64,000 bases of DNA from Alphaproteobacteria bacterium (GTDB lineage: Bacteria; Pseudomonadota; Alphaproteobacteria; RF32; CAG-239). Positions 19,653 through 28,486 of this stretch are shown piece by piece (position 1 is the stretch's first letter; every line of letters starts with the position of its first letter). The notes under the pieces are model-generated. The model was given only the letters and a program-made list of their open reading frames with translations, ran no database searches and was not told the origin of the DNA. Both the position numbers and the translations under genes were made by a program. The stretch is taken from positions 2,764-66,763 of the forward strand of contig JAZUAM010000011.1 of assembly GCA_045637985.1 (NCBI GenBank), written 5' to 3'.

Positions 19653-20993
19653 CTATTGTTCCGGAATATACGGAGTGGCTAAAATTGCTTCCAACATTTC
19701 GTAACACTGTTCCAGAGAGAATTTGTCTTGTTTGCTTTGCGATAAAAAGTCTTCAATCATCGGATAGTAAAAAATTGCTTCATCAACTTCACGATTAGAT
19801 CCTTTTTTATACGCACCTAAACGAATCAACTCAGCCATATCTTCGTAAGAAGAGATATATTTTCGAGCTTTGGAAACCAGTTCTGCTTCTTCTTTTGTAT
19901 CACAATCGGGCATTGTTCTGGAAATAGAGCGCAAAATATTAATCGCAGGATATCGATTGCGTTCGGCAATAGAACGATCAAGCACAATATGTCCGTCAAG
20001 AATTGACCTGACAGCATCGGCAACAGGTTCATTATGATCATCACCATCAACCAAAACCGTGAACAACCCCGTAATTGTTCCGTTGCCGGAACCGGGGCCG
20101 GCACGTTCCAAAAGACGAGGAAGTTCGGCAAATACACTCGGGGTATATCCTTTTGATGCCGGAGGTTCTCCGATTGAAAGTGAAATCTCTCGTTGAGCCA
20201 TAGCAAAACGGGTAATAGAATCCATCATACATAAAACATTTTTATTTTCATCGCGAAAATATTCTGAAATTGCCATAGCAACATATGCAGCCTGACGTCT
20301 GAGTAACGGGCTTTCATCAGACGTTGCCAAAACCAAAACTGATTTTTTAAGACCTTCGGCACCTAAAACATCTTCGACAAATTCTTTAGCTTCTCGTCCG
20401 CGTTCACCGATTAAGCCTATGACAGATATATCCGAATCCGTGTGACGAGCCATCATTGACATTAGTGTTGATTTACCGACACCTGAGCCGGCAAAAATAC
20501 CCATACGTTGTCCTTTGCATATTGTTAAAAACGCATTAACTGCTTTTATACCCAAATCAACCTTACCGCTAACTCTGTCACGAAACTGAGCCGGTGGCGG
20601 AGATGATTTTATAAAATAGGGTTTACTGCCTTTTATAAGAGGACCTTTACCATCTATAGCTTCACCGAACGCGTTAACAATACGCCCCAACCAAGAAGGA
20701 TGAGGATATATCACCGGTTTTGCATCAACAACTTCGACTAAACAATTAATGCCTATGCCATCCATTGAACCATAAGGCATAAGCAAAATTTTATCATCTT
20801 TAAAACTTACAATCTCGCACGAAACTCTTTCATTTCGATTATTGATAACATTACATCTGTCCCCGATTGCCAAACTGTTTTGGATTCCGCTCACTTCGAC
20901 AAACAAACCCTGCACCCCGCTTACTCGACCATAGTAAGATGCAACGTCAATTTTTTCTATAGACTGGATGATATTATCGGTAAATTCGCCCAT
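19653..20993 (-). CDS. fliI: Flagellum-specific ATP synthase FliI
   Basis: Walker A GSGVGKST. GERGREAKEF motif of the F1/T3SS ATPase family. Start chosen at MGEFTDN, which is preceded by AAGGA. The ORF track extends it to 21116. Confidence 0.88.
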   Translation of the reverse strand: MGEFTDNIIQSIEKIDVASYYGRVSGVQGLFVEVSGIQNSLAIGDRCNVINNRNERVSCEIVSFKDDKILLMPYGSMDGIGINCLVEVVDAKPVIYPHPSWLGRIVNAFGEAIDGKGPLIKGSKPYFIKSSPPPAQFRDRVSGKVDLGIKAVNAFLTICKGQRMGIFAGSGVGKSTLMSMMARHTDSDISVIGLIGERGREAKEFVEDVLGAEGLKKSVLVLATSDESPLLRRQAAYVAMAISEYFRDENKNVLCMMDSITRFAMAQREISLSIGEPPASKGYTPSVFAELPRLLERAGPGSGNGTITGLFTVLVDGDDHNEPVADAVRSILDGHIVLDRSIAERNRYPAINILRSISRTMPDCDTKEEAELVSKARKYISSYEDMAELIRLGAYKKGSNREVDEAIFYYPMIEDFLSQSKQDKFSLEQCYEMLEAILATPYIPEQ

Positions 20994-21188
20994 ATTTTTC
21001 CTTTTTTCGCTAAACAAGCTAAAGAATACTATAATATTTTTCTTTGTACCAATAATATCAAGGTTATCAACACCTAAAACAGTGCATAATAAAAAACTGT
21101 TAATAATTATTAACAAAACTAAACAAATACAATTTATCGCTATATAGTAAAATCACTTAGTAAGTTTTTTAGAGAAGGATGTAGCGGA

Positions 21189-21878
21189 ATGCGTGTTTTA
21201 TTGGTAGAAGATGATTTTGCAATCTCGCAAAGTATTGAAACCATGCTTAAAAAGGAAGGTATGATAGTTGATACTACCGATTTGGGCGAGGAAGGATTCG
21301 AGATTGGCAAGCTTTATGATTATGACATTATCATCCTTGATTTGATGTTGCCTGATATGAACGGTTATGAGGTTTTGCGTAATTTACGTGCATCAAAAGT
21401 AAATACTCCTGTTTTGATTTTATCCGGTTTGAGTGAACCCGATAAAAAAGTTAAAGGTTTGGGATATGGCGCTGATGACTACTTAACAAAACCTTTTGAT
21501 AAAAGTGAGTTATTGGCTCGCATTCATGCTGTTGTTCGTCGTTCAAAAGGACATTCAGAATCAATTATCAACACCGGAGATGTTGAGGTTAATTTGGACA
21601 CGCAAACAGTTTCTGTTTGTGGGAAAACTCTACACCTTACAGGAAAAGAATACGGAATTATGGAGTTGTTATCTTTGCGTAAGGGATCTACTCTTAATAA
21701 AGATCAATTCTTAAATCATTTGTATGGTGGTATTGATGAACCTGAATTGAAAATTATTGATGTGTTTATTTGTAAGTTGCGTAAAAAACTGGAGAAAGCA
21801 TCAGGCGGTAAAAACTATATCGAAACTGTTTGGGGTCGCGGTTATGTTCTGCGTGATCCGGATGAGAAAAAAGAATAG
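21189..21878 (+). CDS. ctrA: Cell-cycle response regulator CtrA (OmpR family)
   Basis: 229 aa. Near-identical to canonical CtrA over long stretches: [91 protein letters not shown]. Confidence 0.9.
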   Translation: MRVLLVEDDFAISQSIETMLKKEGMIVDTTDLGEEGFEIGKLYDYDIIILDLMLPDMNGYEVLRNLRASKVNTPVLILSGLSEPDKKVKGLGYGADDYLTKPFDKSELLARIHAVVRRSKGHSESIINTGDVEVNLDTQTVSVCGKTLHLTGKEYGIMELLSLRKGSTLNKDQFLNHLYGGIDEPELKIIDVFICKLRKKLEKASGGKNYIETVWGRGYVLRDPDEKKE

Positions 21879-21949
21879 TGTTTCATATGGTTGAATAAAG
21901 ATAAGCGCACCGATTGTTTGTCAGTGCGCTTTTTTTTGATGGTAATAAA

Positions 21950-22648
21950 TTATTTTCTTATTTCAAAATCAACAAAATTTGTCTTTAAATACTCTATTAA
22001 TTCATTGTCATTAAAAATATTTTCACAGTCATAATCGCTTGTTTCTTTATCACTTTCTATAGGACGATATTTTTGTAAAAAATATTTCTTTACCCCCTTT
22101 TTTTTGAGAGATTTTGCAATACCTAACAAATCTTGCGAATTTAAAAACCTTGGATCGCATGTTGTTCGACATTCAAAGTCAATATTGCTTTCCAATAATA
22201 AAAGCAAGCTTTGCTCAACTCGTTTTAAATGATCTGCTCCGGTTATTTTTTGATAATGTTTTGCTTCAAACGGAGCTTTGATATCTAACCCTACCCAATC
22301 AATCAGAGGCAAAACTTTTGCTAAATGCTCGGGGCGATATCCTCCGGTATGAAGCCCTATTTTGAAACCTAAATCTTTTACCTGCTTGATAGCATCATAC
22401 AAAGCATCTTGAACTAAAGGTTCGCCACCGGAAAAAGTTACGGCATCAAGCTTACCAACCCGACTTTTTAAGAAATCAACAAATAAATCCCAAGAAAAAT
22501 CATTCTCTTTTAATATCGGACGGATAGATGCATTATGACAAAAGGGACACATCCACGGGCATCCCTGCATAAATACAACAGCTGTTAATACCCCCGGAAA
22601 ATCAACGGCGCTGAATTTCTCAACGCCGCCAACTACAATTTTAGACAT
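21950..22648 (-). CDS. nrdG: Anaerobic ribonucleoside-triphosphate reductase activating protein (radical SAM)
   Basis: CPWMCPFCHN CxxxCxxC motif. The likely start is MSKIVVGG at 22648. This leaves a 13-nt gap after the small ORF upstream. Confidence 0.85.
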   Translation of the reverse strand: MSKIVVGGVEKFSAVDFPGVLTAVVFMQGCPWMCPFCHNASIRPILKENDFSWDLFVDFLKSRVGKLDAVTFSGGEPLVQDALYDAIKQVKDLGFKIGLHTGGYRPEHLAKVLPLIDWVGLDIKAPFEAKHYQKITGADHLKRVEQSLLLLLESNIDFECRTTCDPRFLNSQDLLGIAKSLKKKGVKKYFLQKYRPIESDKETSDYDCENIFNDNELIEYLKTNFVDFEIRK

Positions 22649-22661
22649 ATATGATGCTCGA

Positions 22662-22892
22662 TTATTCTGCTGCAATTGCATACGCATTGTCTTCTGTATG
22701 ACAAGCGCAACCATCAATCGCTTTTAATTCAGAAAAGTTTACACGAGAGCGAAATTCTGATTTTTTGCCTACATTGAATTCTGAATATGGGCGCAAATAT
22801 CCCATAACACGTGTCCATACTTCACAAGGCTGTCTTTCTTCATCTGCAAGTTTGATATCTTCAAAATTAACAGTGGTCATTTTTTTCTCCAT
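22662..22892 (-). CDS. Stand-alone glycyl-radical C-terminal segment of NrdD, in the same frame as nrdD but separated by two stop codons
   Basis: 76 aa with EVWTRVMGYLRP...FNVGKKSEFRSRV. This matches the NrdD C-terminal RVxGY glycyl-radical loop. It is in the same reading frame as the upstream nrdD ORF, behind TAA-AGT-TAA. Confidence 0.55.
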   Translation of the reverse strand: MEKKMTTVNFEDIKLADEERQPCEVWTRVMGYLRPYSEFNVGKKSEFRSRVNFSELKAIDGCACHTEDNAYAIAAE

Positions 22893-22916
22893 ATTTCTTT
22901 CTATAAAAAATTAACT

Positions 22917-24974
22917 TTATGCAACATCTTTTCTTGATGCAGCGGCTCTCTTGGCTGCCTTTTTCTCCTCATCGCAGATTGGGCAGTACTTGTGTTCTCC
23001 TGAAATATATCCATGTTTCGGACAAATGGAAAAAGTAGGAGTTATGGTAATGTACGGCAAACGATAGTTTGTCAAAACACGTTTTACAATGTCACGGCAA
23101 ACTTTAGCAGATGAAATGCGTTGTCCCATATACAAGTGCAAAACTGTTCCACCGGTATATTTGGTCTGTAGTGTCGACTGCAAATCAAGTGCTTCAAAAG
23201 GATCATCCGTATATCCGACAGGTAATTGAGAAGAGTTGGTATAAAACGGATTCTCTTTAGTTCCTGCTTGGATAATATCCACATAGCGTTTTTTATCTTC
23301 ACGAGCAAAACGGGTTGTAGCACCTTCGGCCGGAGTGGCTTCAAGATTGTACATATGACCTGTTTCTTCTTGAATCTTGATTAATTTTTCGCGGATATAA
23401 TCCAAGAATTTAATAGCAAATTCTTGTCCCCATTGATCGGCTATTGAATGCTCATCATTGGTAAAGTTTCGGATCATTTCATTGATACCATTAACACCAA
23501 TGGTAGAGAAGTGATTGCGAAGTGTTCCCAAATAACGTTTGGTGAACGGGAACAAACCACCATCAATTAAACGTTGAATCAATTTACGTTTAATTTCGAG
23601 CGAAATTTTAGAAAGTTCCAATAACTCATCAACACGGGCGTATAAACCGGCTTCATCACCTTTATAAACATAACCTAAGCGAGCGCAGTTAAAAGTAACC
23701 ACTCCGATAGAGCCGGTCTGTTCAGCTGAACCGAACAAACCGTTTCCGCGAGCTAACAATTCGCGCAAGTCAAGCTGCAAACGGCAACACATTGAGCGGA
23801 TTTGTCCCGGTTTTAATACTGAATTGATGAAATTTTGGAAATAAGGCAACCCATATTTAGCGGTCATCTCAAACAACAATTCGGTGTTTTCATCTTCCCA
23901 CGGGAAGTCCGGTGTCATATTGTATGTCGGAATCGGGAATGTAAACGGACGACCTTTAATATCACCTTTCATCATAACTTCAATATATGCTTTGTTTATC
24001 ATATGCATTTCTTCTTGAAGTTCGCCATATGTAAATTCTTGTTCAACACCGGCAATAATAGGATGAGTTTCGCGCAAATCTTCCGGACATACCCAGTCGA
24101 ATGTAAAGTTAGTAAACGGTGTCTGAGATCCCCAACGTGACGGAACATTAAGATTGTAGATAAGTTCTTGCATGCATTGATATACTTGTTTGTATGTCAA
24201 GCCATCTTTTCTGATGTATGGAGCCAAATAGGTATCTACCGATGAAAATGCTTGTGCGCCGGCCCATTCATTCTGCAATGTTCCCATAAAATTGACCATT
24301 TGTCCCACAGCGGCAGAAAGATGTTTTGCCGGACCTGCTTCAGCTTTACCGGCAACACCGTTAAAACCTTCGTGAAGAAGATTTTTCAAAGACCAACCGG
24401 CACAATATGCAGCCAACATACTCAAATCGTGAATGTGGATATCGCCGTTGCGATGAGCCTCGCCGACAGCAGCAGGATAAACATGGCTGAGCCAATAGTT
24501 AGCCGTAACTTTACCGGATACGTTCAGAATCAATCCACCATTTGAATAACCTTGGTTTGCGTTTTCGTTAATACGCCAGTCTAATTTTTCCAAATACTCA
24601 TTAACAGAGCTTTCTACATCGACCATAACCTTGTGGTCCTGACGAGCACGCTGACGTTGATCTCGGTACAAAATATAAGCCTTAGCAGTAACAAAATAGT
24701 TTGCGGAAATCAAAACCTGTTCTACTACATCTTGGATTTGTTCAATCGACGGTAAAATTTCTGCAAATTTATGCTTTAATACTTTCAGAACTTGGGCCGT
24801 AAGCAACCAACTTTCTTCTTCTCCAAATTCTTTTGTTGTGGTGCCGGCTTTTTTAATAGCATTGTATATTTTAGAGCTATCAAACGGAGCTAGGGTACCA
24901 TCTCTTTTGGTAATATTTTCAATCCCTATTTTTTCTTCAGCGACTGAGGTCATTTTGTACTCTGATTCTGACAT
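22917..24974 (-). CDS. nrdD: Anaerobic ribonucleoside-triphosphate reductase (class III) catalytic core with ATP-cone and Zn-ribbon, lacking the glycyl-radical tail
   Basis: 685 aa. N-terminal ATP-cone, class III RNR core, C-terminal CPKHGY...CPIC Zn-ribbon. The ORF then ends without the glycine-radical motif. Confidence 0.88.
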   Translation of the reverse strand: MSESEYKMTSVAEEKIGIENITKRDGTLAPFDSSKIYNAIKKAGTTTKEFGEEESWLLTAQVLKVLKHKFAEILPSIEQIQDVVEQVLISANYFVTAKAYILYRDQRQRARQDHKVMVDVESSVNEYLEKLDWRINENANQGYSNGGLILNVSGKVTANYWLSHVYPAAVGEAHRNGDIHIHDLSMLAAYCAGWSLKNLLHEGFNGVAGKAEAGPAKHLSAAVGQMVNFMGTLQNEWAGAQAFSSVDTYLAPYIRKDGLTYKQVYQCMQELIYNLNVPSRWGSQTPFTNFTFDWVCPEDLRETHPIIAGVEQEFTYGELQEEMHMINKAYIEVMMKGDIKGRPFTFPIPTYNMTPDFPWEDENTELLFEMTAKYGLPYFQNFINSVLKPGQIRSMCCRLQLDLRELLARGNGLFGSAEQTGSIGVVTFNCARLGYVYKGDEAGLYARVDELLELSKISLEIKRKLIQRLIDGGLFPFTKRYLGTLRNHFSTIGVNGINEMIRNFTNDEHSIADQWGQEFAIKFLDYIREKLIKIQEETGHMYNLEATPAEGATTRFAREDKKRYVDIIQAGTKENPFYTNSSQLPVGYTDDPFEALDLQSTLQTKYTGGTVLHLYMGQRISSAKVCRDIVKRVLTNYRLPYITITPTFSICPKHGYISGEHKYCPICDEEKKAAKRAAASRKDVA

Positions 24975-25036
24975 ATCTTGTTATTCATCCTTATTATTTA
25001 CTCGGTTAGACTCTGATATCGACTTTGATATCGAGC

Positions 25037-25083
25037 ATACAATATATAGTTTTAACAAAAAGTAAAGACACTAGATATAGTAT
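25037..25083. promoter_or_regulatory. Two putative NrdR boxes upstream of nrdD
   Basis: ATACAATATATAGTTT (25037-25052) and ACACTAGATATAGTAT (25068-25083). Each matches the acaCwAtATaTwGtgt consensus at 14 of 16 positions. Centres are 31 bp apart, 60 to 110 bp upstream of the nrdD start. Confidence 0.4.
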
Positions 25084-25420
25084 GCACATTTTTTATGGTT
25101 AAAAAAAATAACAATACTTCGGCTCGTTCCCGATTGGCTTTATTTTTATATATTAGAGACAACCGCTCAACCAAAATTTAGTTAACAAAAAGCAGATTCC
25201 CTGCTATCTATTTAAAAAAGTGTAATAAATTTTTTTTTAGCCTGAGGATAAAATTCTTAATAAAATTTTTATTTGGCAATCTGTCTATTTTTTTAGGTAA
25301 TTTAAGCTAAAAATTAACCTATTTTCCGATGGATTCCGAGTCGTATTTTTTATAACAAAATCCTTATTAGGATTCGACTCGAGAATGATTTATAAATGAA
25401 AAAAACATATTAAGAATCCA

Positions 25421-25451
25421 AATGCCGAAACAACGGTTTCGGCATCTTTAT
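25421..25451 (-). terminator. Hairpin downstream of the XRE regulator gene
   Basis: ATGCCGAAAC-AACG-GTTTCGGCAT perfect 10-bp stem. The U-tract is distant, so this is a weak intrinsic terminator. Confidence 0.4.
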
Positions 25452-25467
25452 AACGGGAATATTAACC

Positions 25468-25830
25468 TTAAATTTCTTTTAACAAACCTAAAATAGCGGC
25501 TTTTGTTTTTTGGTCGCGGATTCGATTAAACATTTTTATAAAATTAAGAGATTCATTGTCAATAATCGGTTTATTTTCATTTAATCCCTCAGTAAAAAAT
25601 CCGATATCTACATCCATTAATTGAGCTATTTGCCAAAGACGAGATATACCTATGTTAGTTTGAGCGCTTTCGTAATTTTGAAGTTGTTTGCGAGTAATTC
25701 CCAGACTTGAGGCCATATCATTCATTGTAACATTTCTTATTTTTCGAATAAGTTTTATACGCTCACCAACATATTCCAACACTTCATCGGTTGTTTTTAC
25801 AATTACTTTTTGTTCAGATATATCTACCAT
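25468..25830 (-). CDS. XRE-family helix-turn-helix transcriptional regulator
   Basis: 120 aa. NVTMNDMASSLGITRKQLQNYESAQTNIGISRLWQIAQLM is an XRE/Cro-C1 HTH. Confidence 0.75.
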   Translation of the reverse strand: MVDISEQKVIVKTTDEVLEYVGERIKLIRKIRNVTMNDMASSLGITRKQLQNYESAQTNIGISRLWQIAQLMDVDIGFFTEGLNENKPIIDNESLNFIKMFNRIRDQKTKAAILGLLKEI

Positions 25831-25959
25831 CCGACAACTTCCTTTAACATTAATATCTTTGAAAGTTGTATATCATAAAAAGATGCGGATGCAAACAAAA
25901 ATATTTATTTTGTAAAAATTCGCCTTATACTTGCAATTAGTGACGTATCTTTTATTTTT

Positions 25960-26805
25960 TTATAATTTAAGAACTTTATCACTGTCTACAAGATCTATAT
26001 ATTTGTATAGATTAGCTTTTATTGCATCAGGATCATCGACAATTTTGTAAGAAGGGTTACCATACAAAATTACCATAACTCCGTTTTCGTGTAATTCTCC
26101 TATATAATCCTTATTTTTATTAAAAGATTTTTCGCCAAGTATTACAGATTTGACATTTCCCCACTTCATAAAAAGTTTATAAATTTCTTTTATTCCGCGT
26201 CTCCCGCCCTTCAGGCGCAATGTCGGATATTTGAAGCCTTCTTTTAGCGCCTTAAAATAGTCCAACAACCCGAATGTTTGAATTATGATTCTGTCCGGAT
26301 AGGAAAGTTCTTGGCGCAAACGTGACACATCTCTGATTTTATCCGACAACATAATCCAATCGGGATATTTTTCAAAAAGTTCTCTGATATCATTTGTATC
26401 CATTGTGGTATATTTGCCAAGCAATTTCGCATTTTTAAATTCTGCTAGAGATAAAGGCTCGTCACCATCTTTGCCGATCATTTGATTTATGCGCTCCCAG
26501 TCATGAGCCGCAACATAATGACCATCTGATGTTTTTATTAAATCAATCTCAATATATTTCCGACCATTTTTTATTGAATTTTCTACGGCTTCACGAGAAT
26601 TTGTATATATGTTACCGTCTATGGCAGCACCGGCATGAGCTATAAGATGGCATTTTGCCAGCTCATCATTATAAAAAGGATATGGTTTTGTATTATTTCT
26701 GTTGTTTAAAATTGTTTCAGCATACAAGACAAGCCAACTGATACATACAAACAGGGCGGCAAATAGCAAATATGCAAAGGATTTTAAAATAATCTTCAAT
26801 TTCAT
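25960..26805 (-). CDS. Membrane-anchored glycerophosphodiester phosphodiesterase-like (GDPD / PI-PLC-X-like) protein
   Basis: 281 aa with an N-terminal transmembrane helix. AHAGAA...EAVENSIKNGRKYIEIDL..TSDGHYVAAHD follows the GDPD skeleton. HRG is replaced by HAG and ENT by NSRE, so it may be catalytically divergent. Confidence 0.5.
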   Translation of the reverse strand: MKLKIILKSFAYLLFAALFVCISWLVLYAETILNNRNNTKPYPFYNDELAKCHLIAHAGAAIDGNIYTNSREAVENSIKNGRKYIEIDLIKTSDGHYVAAHDWERINQMIGKDGDEPLSLAEFKNAKLLGKYTTMDTNDIRELFEKYPDWIMLSDKIRDVSRLRQELSYPDRIIIQTFGLLDYFKALKEGFKYPTLRLKGGRRGIKEIYKLFMKWGNVKSVILGEKSFNKNKDYIGELHENGVMVILYGNPSYKIVDDPDAIKANLYKYIDLVDSDKVLKL

Positions 26806-27002
26806 AACGGCAGCGTCCTTATATTTATTATTATGGTATATACTATTGTATACATTATTACTGATGTAAAGTTAAGTAATATTTTTTATTTGGTGTAGAT
26901 TGGTATGTAAACCGCTTGGCATTTAACTTATTTTAGTAAATACCCTGTGACTGATTGGTTGCAGGGTATTTGCTTTTAATAAATTTGTTGTATTATATTG
27001 AT

Positions 27003-27761
27003 ATGAAGATGAGTGGATTAAAAATATTTGCAATTTTGTTATTAGTAAATGGTTGTTCATCAATAACCGTACCAAATAATTTTGTATATAAAGAAATACA
27101 AACAGATACATTTAATTTAGCAAGTTGGCAAAAAATAACCGATCCAAAGGCAAAATATAAAATTTATATTGAAGGTGACGGATATGCTTTTGATAGATAT
27201 GGACGACCGACAAAAGATCCCACACCAAGAGGAGCATTAGTCAGAGAACTTGCTTTTAATGATAAAAATGAAAATGTAATTTATTTGGCAAGACCTTGCC
27301 AATATATAAAATCTCCTGTTTGCTCGCAAAGACACTGGACAACTGCAAGATTTTCATCAGAAGTTATAAATGCAGAGTATCACGCAATTAAAGAAATTGT
27401 CGGAAATAATGATGTTATTTTAATTGGATTTTCCGGCGGAGCGCAAATTGTTGGTTTAGTATCATCAGCTAAACAAGGATTAAATGTTGAAAAAATCATC
27501 ACTATTGCCGGTAATTTAGACCATCAGACATGGACTGATTATCATAATTTATTATCATTAAATGAATCTCTAAATCTTGCTGATTATTATAATAACTTTA
27601 TAAAAATACCACAAATTCACTATGTTGGAGAAAAAGACAAAGTTATACCTCCGACATTAGTAAAACAATTTATAAAAAATAATGCGCCAGTAATTGTTGT
27701 TCCTAATGCAAACCACAATAATGGTTGGGATAGTGTTATTGATGATATTATAAAAGAGTAA
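27003..27761 (+). CDS. Lipoprotein of the alpha/beta-hydrolase (esterase/lipase) fold
   Basis: Signal peptide MKMSGLKIFAILLLVNGCSS with a lipobox. GFSGG nucleophile elbow in ILIGFSGGAQIVG. Confidence 0.5.
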   Translation: MKMSGLKIFAILLLVNGCSSITVPNNFVYKEIQTDTFNLASWQKITDPKAKYKIYIEGDGYAFDRYGRPTKDPTPRGALVRELAFNDKNENVIYLARPCQYIKSPVCSQRHWTTARFSSEVINAEYHAIKEIVGNNDVILIGFSGGAQIVGLVSSAKQGLNVEKIITIAGNLDHQTWTDYHNLLSLNESLNLADYYNNFIKIPQIHYVGEKDKVIPPTLVKQFIKNNAPVIVVPNANHNNGWDSVIDDIIKE

Positions 27762-27799
27762 GCAAAAGGCTTTGAGATTTCTCTCAAAGCCTTTATTAT

Positions 27800-27876
<77 letters not shown>

Positions 27877-27949
27877 ATGGGATGAGCCGATTATTACCCT
27901 TTTATACCGTTTTTGTCAAGAGTTTATTTTAATAAAATTTATATTTTCC

Positions 27950-28018
27950 TCAAAAAAACAATGTTAAGAAAATTGCCAAAAGAAAAACCGTAATCACAGT
28001 CCAATGCCACCATTGCAT
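27950..28018 (-). CDS. Candidate 22-aa Trp-rich hydrophobic micro-ORF with a strong Shine-Dalgarno
   Basis: AGGAG, 7 nt, then ATG. Encodes MQWWHWTVITVFLLAIFLTLFF. Not in the ORF track. It lies between the cspA terminator and tRNA-fMet. Confidence 0.2.
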   Translation of the reverse strand: MQWWHWTVITVFLLAIFLTLFF

Positions 28019-28056
28019 AGATTTTCTCCTTAAATTTATATATTTTATATAATAAC

Positions 28057-28096
28057 AAAAAAAAGAAGGACAAGAGGGGAAATCTTGTCCTTTTTA
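28057..28096. terminator. Bidirectional terminator downstream of cspA
   Basis: GGACAAG/CTTGTCC stem flanked by A8 and T5 runs. Confidence 0.55.
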
Positions 28097-28128
28097 GGGT
28101 TTAATTGATATAATTGAGAGCCGTAAAA

Positions 28129-28332
28129 TTACAAAATTTTGATATTACCGGCTGCAATTCTTCCACGATCATCATATAATTCATAACCTACACGCTGTCC
28201 GTCGTTTAATCTCTTGAGACCAATTTTTTCTAATTGTGTAACATGAACAAATACGTCTTTATTGCTTGCTTCCGGTTCAATGAATCCATATCCTTTTTTG
28301 CTGTTAAACCATTTTACAGTTCCAATTAACAT
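28129..28332 (-). CDS. cspA: Cold-shock protein, CspA family
   Basis: 67 aa. GTVKWFNSKKGYGFI, an RNP1-like motif. VFVHV. Confidence 0.9.
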   Translation of the reverse strand: MLIGTVKWFNSKKGYGFIEPEASNKDVFVHVTQLEKIGLKRLNDGQRVGYELYDDRGRIAAGNIKIL

Positions 28333-28486
28333 TAGTTTATCTCCTTGAAGTTGGTCATTTAATTTTTCTTACATTATGGAGACTAAATTTAAAACTAAAA
28401 ATTGTATAGCATATATTTTTCGTTATTTAGAAACGATTTTTTCGAACACATTGTTTTTCTTATACTATTGTCGATTTTCTCGTACA

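Noticed and set aside
25468-27761. XRE-GDPD-esterase block as an island integrated at tRNA-fMet
   Set aside because: No duplicate of the tRNA-fMet 3' end (GGTTGCGGG...) was found in the flanks, so there is no evidence of integration beyond the accessory-looking gene content.
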